DNA from: the human T2T-CHM13v2.0 reference genome, Homo sapiens
Assembly: GCF_009914755.1 (NCBI RefSeq)
Contig: NC_060927.1
DNA length: 64,000 nt
Strand: one strand, 5' to 3'
Shown here: positions 28,247-47,344 of the stretch, in pieces
How positions within the stretch are numbered: position 1 is the first letter of the stretch
Layout of the letters: every line of letters starts with the position of its first letter
Translations under genes and position numbers: made by a program
The notes under the pieces: generated by a model
What the model was told of the DNA's origin: nothing
The model's input: only the letters and a program-made list of their open reading frames with translations
The model's database searches: none

Positions 28247-28536
28247 ATAAAATTCAGAATGTTAGGTAAAAATGATTTTGATTTAAAAAAGGAAATATGT
28301 TAACAATTAGTTAATAAATTGTAGTTTATTTGGTAGAAGATATATTAAGACATGGGATCCAAAATGTAATTAGACTATGATTGAATAAGGTAATATTTAA
28401 CCTCCCTTTAAACTTAAAATGACAAGATTCTTCATAACTTTGAGTTGCTTCTTTAGGTTTCAGAGTTTAAAATTCAAACTTCCACTTTTGGACCCATATG
28501 GGATCTCAAGTTTGATACATGATACCCAGAGCCGAT

Positions 28537-28623
28537 TTTCTTTCTTCTCTTTCTTTCTTTTCTTTTTTCTTTCTTTCTCCTTCCTTCCTTCCTTCCTTCC
28601 TTCCTCCCTCCCTGCCTCCCTCC

Positions 28624-28702
<79 letters not shown>

Positions 28703-28709
28703 TTTCTTT
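28537..28709. repeat. Polypyrimidine compound STR (TTTC)n/(TTCC)n/(TC)n
   Basis: Visible; generates the spurious F/S/L-rich and K/E/R-rich ORFs at 28419-28838. Confidence 0.95.
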
Positions 28710-28972
28710 AACAATATAACAGAGAAAGTCTCCAATCTGAGTAAAAAAGAAACGATCCAGCTCTGGAGCCTACGTAACACTAAAATAATGTGTCACAACA
28801 GCACCACAACAGCAAAAGTAATTAATCACTTACTTTAAGAACCCTAGGAAACCTAAGACAGTAATTTCAAATGGAGTTCACTGCAAAAGCAGCCAAAATG
28901 CTGCCATAAAACATTTTAATATTCAAATTAAACTTGAAATATTTTTTACCAGACAGAAACAAATGTAATTAA

Positions 28973-29014
28973 ACACCACACAAGCACACACACAACACAC
29001 ACACACACACACAC
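28973..29014. repeat. (CA)n microsatellite
   Basis: Visible. Confidence 0.85.
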
Positions 29015-30349
29015 TTGAAGACAGAATTTCTGATAAGATTCAAATGCTGATTTATATAGCACCAAATAACTTTAGAGTGTCCAGGTGTTAATTTTAACTA
29101 CAAAGAATATTATAGAAGTAACACATTGCTTCCCAAGAGTATATAAACAAAAATTTTTCTGTTCTTTATTTTTTAATATAGCACCATAGATTCATTGTCA
29201 GTTTGCAACAGCATCTTAAAGGTTCATTTAGTCAAAAGTATGACCAAAGGTCCTAAAAAAGCTGTTTAAAATATTATCAAAGATGGGGGGAATGGAGTTG
29301 TTTATTATATGTGGCTATTTGTAATCCAACATGAATTAAGATACCAGTAAAATCCTGCCTGGAAAATGTTGTATTTTCTATCAAAACTCTAATTTGTAGT
29401 TTACCACATCATATTACTTTTAGCTGTATTGAAAAGTAGTCTTTAAATCAATAGACTAGAAAATTATCGACTGCAAACTTGCAACAATGGAAATAATGAA
29501 AAATACAGTCAGGGATCATCTAAATGTTGTAAGCTATGGGAAAAAAGTTCAACAAAAATGAATAGAATTTAGTGTCTTTTTGAGAAACCCCTACATAAAA
29601 GCAAGATTTGTTAACAAAACTGATATTTTAGGTCTTAGCTTACAAAATAAATATTAGGAGAATAGAAGCATTCAATCAACTTCGTTTCAAGTCTCATTTT
29701 CCGTTGCCTAAATAAATAGCCTCTTTAGGGGTACTCAAATAGGCTGGATGGACAAGAGTTATGAAAATTCTGGATTTTTTAAAATAGTTTGTTTTTGAAA
29801 TAAAAATGTCAAAAGACAAAAAATATACAGTCAAGACCTATAGGTATTGTATTATTGTTTGTTTGTTTTTTAGTATTCAGTTGGAAGGCAGGAATTCCTG
29901 AAGATATACTAAACTTCCTTCTGAAATATTCGGAAGAAAATAAAAAGATATAACTGTAGAAAACATAAACTCAAACATGACATTATCTGAATTCTGCACT
30001 ATTATATTAATTGCAAAATGTTCCCTATACTCCATCATTTCTGTGCATTGTCCTCAATTTATATACAAGGAAACTGAGACTTAAGGACCAGAAATAATCC
30101 AAAAGAAATGAACGTGAGTGTGGCTTAGTGAAGACTCATATTTTTTAACCTTGAGAAGAATAGAAGCTAGAACAGGAAGAACTCAAAGAACAGTTGTGGT
30201 CATCACAATCAAACTCATTGTTCCCAGAAATATATTTGACAAAACTTGAGAGTAGTATTTATTCTGGTTTTATTATATCAAATTGCTTTTTTCTCAAAGA
30301 CTTTATAACATGATGTGTATTGGAATTACAAGTAAGAATAGTTCTGAAT

Positions 30350-30660
30350 ATATATTTGTTTATTCACCCATTTTTGCATTCAACACCTATTTCTTGAATA
30401 CATTCCTGTCTCAAGAATCTAAAAATTTAAGATACAGAGGGAAACCAGATAACATAGTTGTTTCCCTCAAAGAGTTTACAGGGTGGTGGAGAAGACAAAT
30501 GTTAGACATATAAGCCCAGTGAAGTGTGATACACACTATAATCACATAATATGTAAGCATATTACATAATAGAATTAAGTGATTGTAGAAAGTTCCTAAA
30601 AGAAGTGGTATTTAAGCTAAGTTCTGAAGGACAAATATGCATTAATTAGAAACCAAAAGG
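30350..30660 (-). mobile_element. L2 remnant
   Basis: cattcaacacctatttcttgaa...ccctcaaagagtttaca...gaagtggtatttaagctaagttctgaagga. Confidence 0.7.
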
Positions 30661-31711
30661 TAATGATTGAGTGTGATTGATGACATTGAACTCAATGAAA
30701 TATTAATGTGTTCAAGTGCCAACAGCTACATTTGCTACAGTATAAAGATATGATTAACACTTGACCTACTTTATTTACTGAACTCTTGAACTTCTTAAAG
30801 TCAATCCAAAGTGGTCCTTTAACATAATTGTTTTCAAACCTTACAGGGAATTGTTGCCATTTCCAGATGTCAGTGATTTTCAGAAAGTGCTTCATGTTGA
30901 AATGAAAATCTACTCAATTACATACTAAATCACATTTCACGAGAAAACACATTACATAACTAAATGAAAATAATTATGTACCCTTCAATGAGACTATGAA
31001 TTTTCTTAACAATATTAAGTTTTTAAAAAACATTTTGATGATACAAAAATTACATTCTTAAATATAAGTAAGTAAAGGTAGTCAGAATACCATGGAAAAT
31101 AGTCTTCTCTATTTAAAATTCTTGTAATATGAATTGAACACATTAGATTTTATAATGGACTCTAGTAATTAAAAAATTGATCTAACTATAAACATATCGA
31201 TTTCCTAATAAAAATATAAACCTAAAGCCCCATTATATCATATAAATATGAAATAACTTCTAGTAATATGGTAGACTGAGTTGGTGTAGAATGACTTCTC
31301 CCCTGACCCACAACTACCCAATAACAGTAGATAGAAATTCTGGATAACATGTAACACAAGCAGATTAATAGTGTCATCATCCATCTGCAAAGAGGAGGGA
31401 ATGGAGAAGGTAGGGGGAAAGAAACCTTCAAGATGTCAGCTACAAAAATATTTTTTCCAAGTGGCAAAATGTTACCAATGTTCTAGCTTCTCACCTAGTT
31501 GGGGGTAAGGTTGAGGGTGGACGTGGTGGGGAGGAAACCATTAAAAATGAGCTTATAGCTAAAATCACAACCAAAGTTGTGATCTACTCTGAGGCATAAT
31601 TAACAGGATCAAGAAGTAGGAGAATCAACATATAGAAAAATACAAACATGATACTTTAATTATATGTGTCAGAAGTTACTAAAAATCAAGAAAGTTTTAT
31701 GACTAGTAATT

Positions 31712-37415
<5,704 letters not shown>

Positions 37416-38354
37416 ATGACTAGCAATTGTAGTATCATAAAATATTAGCTTGAAATGAGCAAGTTAATACACTTGGTATGCTGCCCTTACTTTAAGAAAA
37501 TGATAAAGAAGTAAATTGACAAGGTGATTTTGTTTTTCAGTTTTGATCTTACCCAGTGCCACCTCTCAAAATATGTATACATGTACTTATTTTATTGTTT
37601 TGATTGATTGTGAAGAATCAGTTTTTAACCAAAATAATATGATTTTATTAAATGACACTTTCTCACAAAAGCCATTTGAAGCAATGCAGAATGGGATTTT
37701 TCTCTGAACATGTCAAGTTCTGGGAGAACATTTTTAGTGTAATAGGAGAAAACTATATTTTATCTATTCAATTCTGTCATGCAAATTGGAAAAGAACTTC
37801 TGAAGGAATTACATAGGACTTCAAAATATAATACTTTCAGCAAGTTAATTGCATGAATTAATAACAACATTTTCAGACAATCAAATCAGCCCACTCCACT
37901 ATGATATAAGCACGAAAAGCATGGCTCCAGTTTTGTCATTTGTGTGACCAACATATAACACTGATTAAAGCTTGTCTTGGACAAATGAATTTCAGTTATT
38001 CAAATGAACAGATATAACAGCAATGTATATTAATTTGAAAATGTAATTTCACAAGAAAATATAACGAATATTTTTCAAAAAACTACAAGTGAGAGCTTTT
38101 CTATGAGAAACCCAGTTAGCTTTATTATTAGATAGTAGCTGTTGGTAATCACACTGTTTACACAGCTGAGGAAGGCCATGGATTCAGTGCTTTGCTATTA
38201 ATAACATTAATAGTTGCACTAAGCCCTCGTCAAATGTCAGACCTTTCTCAGGCTTCCCTGTGATGCAAAAGTGAAGATGTGATAATAAAAATGTTAATGC
38301 TGGTGATCATTGTGAATAAGTCCATATATCTTCAGAATGATGATTTTGCGCATA

Positions 38355-38833
38355 TATGCTTTGGTTTGAATTTCCTCTGAAGCAGATCCTGAGACAAGAA
38401 GTTAAGAGCAAATAATTTCTCTGACAGGTGCAAATGACATTGGTAAAATTATAGGAAAGTGTTACAGGGAAGAGAAGCAGCAAAAAGTGTGATAACAAGC
38501 CAGGAACCGTATGAATATCTGTAGCTCTGTTCTACAGGAAGACTCTTAACCATGATGAAAAGCACAGACCTCAGAATTACTTCACAAGCAGGCCAAGGAA
38601 GCCAGATAATTATACATACATTTCCTAGAACCATTGATTGAGACCTTCTCTCAGAGGTTATTAATACCCTGGCACTTCCATCCTACAATAAAACATGGAT
38701 AAACAGCTTTCTATGGCTCTGTAAAATGCCTTAGGCTCAAATATGTATTTACTGGCAATTGGAACTTGGTGGAAACACACCAAAATAGTGAGTTCTGAGG
38801 AACATGGGTGGGGCACTGAGAACATCTGCTGCA
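38355..38833 (-). mobile_element. LTR16C-like ERVL solo LTR
   Basis: gaagcagatcctgagacaag...ccattgattgag...gggtggggcactgagaacatctgctgca. Confidence 0.8.
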
Positions 38834-39054
38834 ACTGACAAATGATTTAGCTAATTAAACAATGCATTTTAATGAGTTATCTATGATTAATTCCAAATAA
38901 AAGTAGCATCGTATGAAATCAGCTCACAATTGTTTACACATTCTTTTGCTGATTAGCAACATCTTAATGATATAGTGTTGAAAAGAATGCTTTTATATAT
39001 ATTGAAATTCTGCATATTAGAATTGATAATAGTAAGCCATCCTGCACTTTTTAA

Positions 39055-39412
39055 TTTATATACGACTACTCTTGGGCTCCAAGGAACCAAAACTCCAACT
39101 GAAGGAGCTTAAACCATAAGAAGATTAACTATTTTGTATAAGAAGTCCTAACACGTGATGGATACCGAAATGGTTGGCTCAGCAACTATAACAATATGAG
39201 CTAAGATTCATGAGATTCATTGCCTCTTTAGCAGGTGGACTTTGGCCCTTAGGACAGACATACCCATGATTACAAGGTAGGTCTTGGAGACCCAAAACTT
39301 ACGACTGAAGCAATGCACAATAGAAGAAAGGTTTATTTCTATCTAGGTATCTCTTTAGGAATGAAGAAGTTTTGTTCAACATCACCAAGCACAACATTTG
39401 TTTATATTCATT
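39055..39412 (-). mobile_element. Old MLT1 (J/K/L-like) LTR remnant
   Basis: aactccaactgaaggagcttaaacc, cccatgattacaagg motifs. Confidence 0.5.
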
Positions 39413-40786
39413 TTACATAATTTACTTTTAATACTGATATAACTAATATATGACACAATTTGCCATTTTGAAGTGTACAATTAAAAAATTGTTGGTATAT
39501 TCACAAGATTGTGCAACCACCTAATTCCAGAACATTTTCATCATCCCACAAAAAAACACAATACCCATTAGCATTTACTTCTAATCTACTCACCCGTCCT
39601 CTGTAACTACTATCTACATTATGAGTCTATGGGTTTGTTTATTTTGGGCATTTCATAGAAATGAAGTCATATAATACGTGGCCTTTTGTTTCTGTCTTCT
39701 GTCACTTAGCGTAATGTTTTCAAGGTTCATTCATGTTGTAGCATGCATCGGTGTTTCATTCCCTTTTACGACAAAGTAATATTTTATTGTAGTAGTAATA
39801 GCAGTAGGGAGAAGATGAGAAGGATGAATTATAATAGTAATAGTAGTAAGTAGTAGCAACAGCAGTAGTAATAGCATTCAAGACCACAGTTAGTTTATTC
39901 ATTCATCTGTTTATGAACATTTGGGTTGTTTCCATATTTATCTATTATAAATTATGCTACTGAACATTTTTGTAAAGTTTGTATGTGAGCATACGTTTTT
40001 AGTTCTCTTGCATATGCATATGCAGAATTCAAATTCTTTATTATATGGTAACTCTGTGCTTAAGTTTTGAGGAACTGCCAAGCTGTTTTCCACTGTGGCT
40101 GCACCATGGTACATTCTCACCAGCAATAAATGAGAATTATTCCATTTTCTCCATATCCTTGGCAGAATTTGTTATTGTCTGTTTTTCTTTGAATATAGCT
40201 ATTCCATATGGATATGAAATGGTGTGACATTGTGGTTTTGATTTGCATTTCCCTAATTACTAGTGATGTTGAGCAACTTTTCCTATATTTATTGAACATG
40301 TACATATGAATTTTAGTGAAATTTCTATTAATTGCTTCCCCATATTTTAATTGGGTTATCTTTTTATTGTTGATTTGCAAGTGCTCTTTATATATTCTAG
40401 ATACAAAACATTTATCAGATATATGATTTGCAATTATTTTCTCCCATTCAAGCATTCTATTTTAACTTTCCTAACAGTATTATTTGAAACACAAAAGCTT
40501 TAGATATTGGTAAAATCCTATTAATGTACATTTTTCTTTTGTTGTTCATGCTATAGGTGTCAAATCTAAGAAACCACTGCCAAACTCAGGGTCATGAAGA
40601 TTTAACCCTGTGGTTTTTTTTTTCCCTAAGAGTTCAATACCTCCAATGCCTCCATTGTGGTCCATTTTGTGTTCATTTTTGTGTATGGTACAAGGTAGGG
40701 GTTTAATATCACTCTTGGATGTAAATATCCAGTATTCCAGCACAATTCTTTGCAAGGCTATTTTTTTCCACAATGAATGTTCTAGC

Positions 40787-41326
40787 CAGGGATGTCCATT
40801 TGGTTTCTGTGGGCCACTTTGGAAGAAGTATTGTCTTGGACCACACATAAAATACACTAATGCGAGTCCAGGCGCGGTGGCTCACGCCTGTTATCCCAGC
40901 ACTTTGGGAGGCCGAGGCGGGCGGATCACGAGCTCAGGAGATCGAGACCATCCTGGCTAACACGGTGAAACCCCGTCTCTACTAAAAATACAAAAATTAG
41001 CCGGGCGTGGTGGCGGGCGCCTGTAGTCCCAGCTACTCGGGAGGCTGAGGCGGGAGAATGGCGGGAACCCCGGGGGCGGAGCTTGCGGTGAGCAGAGATG
41101 GCGCCACCGCCCTCCAGCCTGGGCGACAGAGCCAGACTCCGTCTCAAAAAAATCAATCAATAAATAACAAATACACTAATGCTAACAATAGCTGATGAGC
41201 TAGAGAAAAAAAAATGCAAAAAACCCACCTCACCATGTTTTAAGAAATTATACGAATTTGTGTTGTGCGTATTCAAAGCCGCCCTGGGCCACATGAAGCC
41301 AGTGGGCCGTGGGTTGGACCAGCTTG
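40787..41326 (+). mobile_element. MER30 (hAT-Charlie MITE) interrupted by AluY
   Basis: Starts CAGGGATGTCC, ends GGTTGGACCAGCTTG; both flanks contain TCTAG, the Charlie-type target core. Confidence 0.9.
40866..41168 (+). mobile_element. AluY-like, full length, CpG-rich
   Basis: gagatcgagaccatcctggctaacacgg; TSD AAATACACTAATGC 40850-40863 / 41169-41182. Confidence 0.97.
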
Positions 41327-43665
41327 GTCTAGACACCCAAGTTGAAAATCTATTGGCCAAAGAGGTGTAAGTTTATTTTTGGACTCTCGATTCTATTCCA
41401 TTGATCCGTATGTCTACCATTTTGCCAGTGCTGAACTTTCTTGACTATTACAGGTTTGTAGTCCATTTTACATTCAGAAGGTGTAAGCCCTCCATTTTTT
41501 TTTCTTTCAAAATTGTTTTGGCTATTTGGGGAACTTGCATTATCATATGAATTTTACAGCCATCTTGATAATTTCTGCAAAAAAAAAAAAGGCAGGTAAA
41601 ATTTTAACAGGTATTGTTTTGAATCTGCAGATCTATTTGGATCTATTGGAGAGTATTGCCTTCTTAACACGTTAAATCTTCCATTAGATAACTACAAGAG
41701 GCTTTTCCACTTATTTAAGACTTCCTTAACTTTGGTCAACAATGTTTTGTACTTTCATTGTAAGACTTGGACTTCTTTTGCTAAGTTGATTTCTAACTTT
41801 TTTTATGCTACCGTAAATATAATTATTTTAAATTTCATTTTCAGATTGTTCATTGCTATGATTTAATGCAACAGAATTATGCATAGTGATCTTGTATCCA
41901 TAACCTTGCTGAACTCTCATTTATTAACTCTAATAGTTTCTTTTTGGAGGATTGCTTTATCTTACTATCTGCAAATATAAGTAATTTTAACGTTTTCTTT
42001 CCAATTTGGTTGCCTTTCCTCTATTTTCCTTGCCTAATAGTCCTGTCTAGAACCTCCAGCACAATGATGTATAGAAGCAGTGAGAGTGGACTTCTTTGTG
42101 TTATTTTTGCTTTGGGGGGTTAATTATCTGGTTTTTTTTACAGTTTAGGATGATATAAGATTGTGGTTTTCTATAAATAACTTATCAGATTGAGGAAATC
42201 ACCTTCCATTATAAGTTTGTTGAGTGTTTTTACCATGGAATTATTTTTTTTTTCTGCAATCATCTGCTCATTTGGCTTACTGGCTAATCTATTACCTCAG
42301 CATAGTGTATTACATTGATTGGTTTTTGTATGTTGAATGAACCTTGCATTCCAGGATAAATTTTGCTCTGTCATTGTGCAAAATCATTTACATATGCTGC
42401 TGCTGGATTCAGTTGCTGTTATTCTGCTGAGGATTTTTGTGTCCATATTTGTAAGAGATATTGGACCGTAGTGCTCTTGTAATGTTTTTGTCTGGTTTAG
42501 GTGTCAGAGTAATTACGGCCTCAGAAAATGAGTTATAAATTGTTTCTCCTCTTCTAAACTTTCAAAAGGGTAGTGAAGGACTGGTCTTAATTCTATAAAA
42601 GATTGATAGAATTATCCAGTGAATATCCCTTAGTCTTGAGCTATTCTTTGAGAAAAGTTTCGATTACTAAACCAATTTCTTACTTGTAGGTTTATAAATA
42701 TTTTCTATTTTTCTGCAGTCGGTTTTATTAGTTTATGTCTTTCCAGGAATTTCTTTTTAATATCACTTGTTGGCATACAAGTTTTTATAGTATTTCCTTA
42801 TAATCACTTTTTATATAAGGTCATTATTAATGTTCCCTCTTTGATTCTGATTTTAGTAATTTGAATTTTCTCTCTGTTTTCATGGTCTGTCATGGTAAAG
42901 TTTATCAGATTTGCTAATCTTTTCAAAAAATCAACTTTTGATTTTGTTGATTATCTCTATTATTTTTTCTACTGTTCATTTTATTCACCTCTGGCCTTAT
43001 CTTTATTATTTCCTTCTATCCACCAGCTTTGGGTTTGGTTTTCTCTTCTTTTTCTAGTTCCTCAAGGGGTAAAGTTAAGTTATCGTTTTGTAATCTTTAT
43101 TCTTTATTTTTGAAGGTGTTTACACCTTGTACTCTCTGCCTGCCTTGCTTCTCCTACATTACAGCATGTTATGTTTTCATTTTCATTAATATCCAAGTAT
43201 TTTCTAATTTTCCTTATGATTTTTTTCTTTGACTTATTAGTTGTTTAAGAATGTGTTGTTTAATTTACATGTAGTTTTAAAACTTCCAACTTTCCATCTG
43301 TTACTGATTTCTATCTTTATTGTAGTTGGAAAAGATACTTTGTAAGCTATCAGTTTTTAAAAATTTATTGAGGCTTGTTTGTGACCTAACAAATCTGTTC
43401 TGGAAAATGTTCTACATGCACTTCAAAAGAATGTGTATCCTGAAGTTTTTAGGTGAAGTGTGGTCTATATGTCTGTAAAGTGTGGTTGGTTTATAGTGTC
43501 ATTCAAATCTATTTTTATATTGAACTTCCATTTAGATATCCTATGCATTATTAAACATTGATTATTACGTCTTCAATTACTACTATAGAACTATTTCTAC
43601 CTTTCATTCTGACAATGTTTGCTTCATAGATTTTGATGCACTTTTGCTTGATGCACATATTTGTT

Positions 43666-43909
43666 TTTTTTTAATTTTATTATTATTATACTTTAAGTTT
43701 TAGGGTACATGCACACAATGTGCAGGTTTGTTACATATGTATACATGTGCCATGTTGGTGTGCTGCACCCATTAACTCGTCATTTAGCATTAGGTATTTC
43801 TCCCAATGCTATCCCTCCCCCCTCCCCCGACCCCACAACAGTGCCCGGAGTGTGATGTTCCCCCTCCTGTGTCCATGTGTTCTCATTTTTCAATTCCCAT
43901 CTATGAGTG
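43666..43909 (-). mobile_element. Severely 5'-truncated L1PA3-5-like 3' end (~244 bp)
   Basis: attaactcgtcatttagcattagg 3'UTR; perfect 13-bp TSD GCACATATTTGTT 43653-43665 / 43910-43922. Confidence 0.93.
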
Positions 43910-44400
43910 GCACATATTTGTTAATATTTTTATTTCTTCTTGGTGATTTGACCCTTTTATTAACAGATAATATCCTTCCTTGTCTTTTGTAACAATTTTG
44001 ACTTAGAGTCTATTTTGTCTGATATTAGCATAGCCACAATAGCTCTTTTTTAGTATATATATGCACACACACACACACACACATACATATAAAATCTTTT
44101 TCTGTACTTTTACATACAACCTAGTTATCACTTTGGATCTAAAGCGAGTCTCTTGTAGACAAAATATATTTGGATTTTTTCCCATTCTGCAAATCATTAT
44201 CTTTAGATTGAGGTTTTGGTCTATTTACATTTAAAAATGTTACTGATAGAGAGGAAGTTATTTTTGATGTTTTGTTATTTGTTTCTTTATGTCTTAAATA
44301 ATTTTGTTTTTGTTCTTATCAGTCTTCATTTCTTTTATTATTGCATTCTTTGTGCTTAGTTTATTTTTATATCCTCCTAATTTCCTTTTATGTATATTAT

Positions 44401-45161
44401 TGTATTGGTCAGGGTTCTCTAGAAGTACAAAACTAAGAGTACATATATTAGGTATATATATGTGTATATATACTATATATAATTATATATGTATCTAATA
44501 TAATATATATTTTATATAGAGTGTATATATATAATTATATATAATGTCCTTTCATCTCAACATGAAGATTCTCTTTTAACATTGGTTATAGGGTAAATTT
44601 TGTGGTAATGTACTTCTTCATGTTATTAAGGTGAAATGTCACAATCTCTCCCATATATATATATATATTTCCCATATATATATATATATATATATATATA
44701 TTTCCCATATATATATATATTTCCCATATATATATATATATTTCCCATATATATATATATATATATGAGTTTATATATGTATATGAGTTTATTAAGTATT
44801 AACTCACATGATCACAAGGTCCCACAATAGGCTATCTGCAAGCTGAAGAGCAAGGAGAGCCAGCCAGCCCAAGTCCCAAAACTGAAGAACTTGGAGTCTG
44901 ATGTTCAGGGGCAGGAAGCATCCAGCACAGTCTAAAGATGTAGGCTGGGAGGCTAGGTCAGTCTAGTCTTTTCTGCCTGCTTTATATTCTAGCCATGCTG
45001 GCAGCTGATGAGATGGTGACCACCCAGATTAAGGGTAGGTCTGACTTTCTCAACCCACTGACTCAAATGTTAATCTCCTTTGGCAGCACCCTCACAGACA
45101 CACCCAGGATAAATACTTTGCACCCTTCAATCCAATCAAGTTGACAGTATTAACCATCACA
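44401..45161 (-). mobile_element. MLT2A1 (HERV-L) solo LTR with expanded internal TA region
   Basis: tgtatt.gtcagggttctctaga ... attaaccatcaca termini; 5-bp TSD ATTAT 44396-44400 / 45162-45166. Confidence 0.93.
44650..44766. repeat. (TTTCCC(AT)n) minisatellite, ~5 units
   Basis: Visible repeated units. Confidence 0.9.
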
Positions 45162-47344
45162 ATTATTAACATATTTTTGTGTTTATCATTGAGAGTATAC
45201 TTAACATTCTAAATTTATAACAATCTAGTTTAAGTTGATACTAATATAACTTTAATAGCATAAAAACTATGCTTTTATAGTTTCATTCTCTCTTCTTTAT
45301 GTTGTTGTTGCCATGTTGTCACAAATTACTTATTTATACATTGTGTACCCGAAAATACAGCTGTATATTTTTAAAAGTTTATTTTATTTTATAGCTTGTA
45401 AGATAAGCTTTATTAGCAGTTGCAAACTGATAATACCATAATACTGACTTTTTAAATTGCCTATGTATTTAGTACAATCAGAGATCTTTAATTATTTATA
45501 TGGCTTTTAGTTAGTCTAATATCTTTTCATTTCAACGTGAAGATTCCCTTTTAGCATTGGTTTTAAGGTAAATTTTGTGGTAATTACTTTTTCATGTTAT
45601 TAAGGTGAGATATCACAATCTCTCTCTTATCTTTGAAGGATGATTTTGTGGGTATAGAATTTTTGGTTGACAGTTGTTGTTTCCTAGCACTTTTAATGTA
45701 ACATCCCACTGTTTTCTTGCTTATATGGATTCTGATAAATAATTAGCTGTTAATCTTATTGAAGAATCCTTGTATGCAATGAATGTATTTTTCTTAGTGC
45801 TTTTAATATTTTCTCTTTTTCTTTGGATTTCAAAATTTCATAATATGTCTTCATATGAGTCTCTGAGTTTATCCTATATGGAGGTTATTGAGGATTTTGG
45901 ATTTATAGAATCATGTCTTTCATTAAATTTAGGAAGTTGTTAGCTATTTCTTCAAATATAGTTTCTGACCCTTTCTTTCTATATTCCACCTTCCACCTCC
46001 ACCCACACCTGGGAAATTCTATAATAAATATATTGATTCACTTGATGGTTTTCACGGGCCCCTCCATTCTCTGACTCTTTCCTTTGTCTGCCTGAATCTA
46101 TGGTTGAATGCCTCTAGTAAATTTCTCATTTTACTTATTGCACTTTTCAGCTCCAAAATTTCTGCTTTGTTTCTTTTTATAATTTCTCTTCATTGATATT
46201 CTCATTTTGTTATACACAATTTTTCTGATGTCCTTTAATTCTTTATCTATATTTTCTAATATTGTCTATGTTTTCCTTTCCTTGGCCTTGTGATTTTTCT
46301 GTTAAAACTTGGACATTGGAATATTATGATGTGGTGGTCCTGGAAATAAAATCTCCCCCTTTATCAGGGGTTTGCATTTTTCAATATTATTAAGGCTGTT
46401 ATCCTCCATTTATTTAGTGACTTCTCGAAACTTTATGCAAAGACGGTTTCTTGTTGAGTGTGATCCCTACAGTCTGTGGTTTCTTGTTTGTATTTACTTA
46501 GTGTTTTAAAAGAGATTCATTTAAATTCCAGAAGCCAAGAACAAATATACAGAAGAATAAAAAAAAAACCCTCCTCCAGTCTTTGCATCTTGGGTCTATG
46601 TAGGACACTTTCTCAATATTTAGCCAGGCTTGCACTGAAGTTTTAGCTTAAGATGAAAACTTATGACCTTCTCAGATTTTTCTCCGAGCATGCATCTTAT
46701 CCTAAACAAGGTTTCTAATACAGATTTTTTAAATTCCCTTCACACACAAGTCTTTTTGGATGTCCTAATTTTTTGAAGATACTCTCCCAGCTTTTGATCC
46801 TGGGTCTTACACAGTCTATTATATGTTTTGACTGTAATCATTTGGCCCAGAAATCTTGGTTGGTTAGTTTGCTTTGCAGTGTTTTTGAGCAATGCCCGTC
46901 ACTTTTCCAGCCTATGTTTAGAGGTAGGTAAAACAAATAATAGTGTCCTTAATCAACCTCCCCGCTATCATTCAGGCAGGTTAGAATAGAAATACACAAT
47001 AATCTGTGCATAAGGTCTTTGCTCTTTCCAGAGCAAGAGATCAGGATTCCAAACTGGGAACCCAAGGTTTCCTCTTCGATTTGTGCTGTGCCAGAGAGTG
47101 GTGGCAAAAATACAAGTAAAAATGTCATAAAGCTTTCCTATCATTTTGGAGTTACATTTCTTGATTCATTGTTTGCCTAACTGCTGTAAACCTTTGACTC
47201 TCTCCCAGAGTTTTGACAAACTTGGTTCTGACACTTTCTGCTTGGTTTCCAATGTTTTAGCTGGGGTACAGTAGCTTGAAGCCATCATTTTGCTGATGCC
47301 ACTGCTTTGGCTATGAGTGCATTGTCTTGGTTCAGAGAAATCAG

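Larger units (their letters stand above)
39415..47305 (-). mobile_element. Long L1MB-like LINE hosting nested MER30/AluY, L1PA 3' fragment and MLT2A1
   Basis: L1MB-type 3'UTR (ttttgaagtgtacaa..gtatattcacaagattgtgcaaccac); ORF2 remnants ([21 protein letters not shown]); ORF1/5' region to ~47300. Confidence 0.85.

Noticed and set aside
28419-28838. F/S/L-rich and K/E/R-rich ORFs
   Set aside because: Translations of the TTTC/TTCC microsatellite
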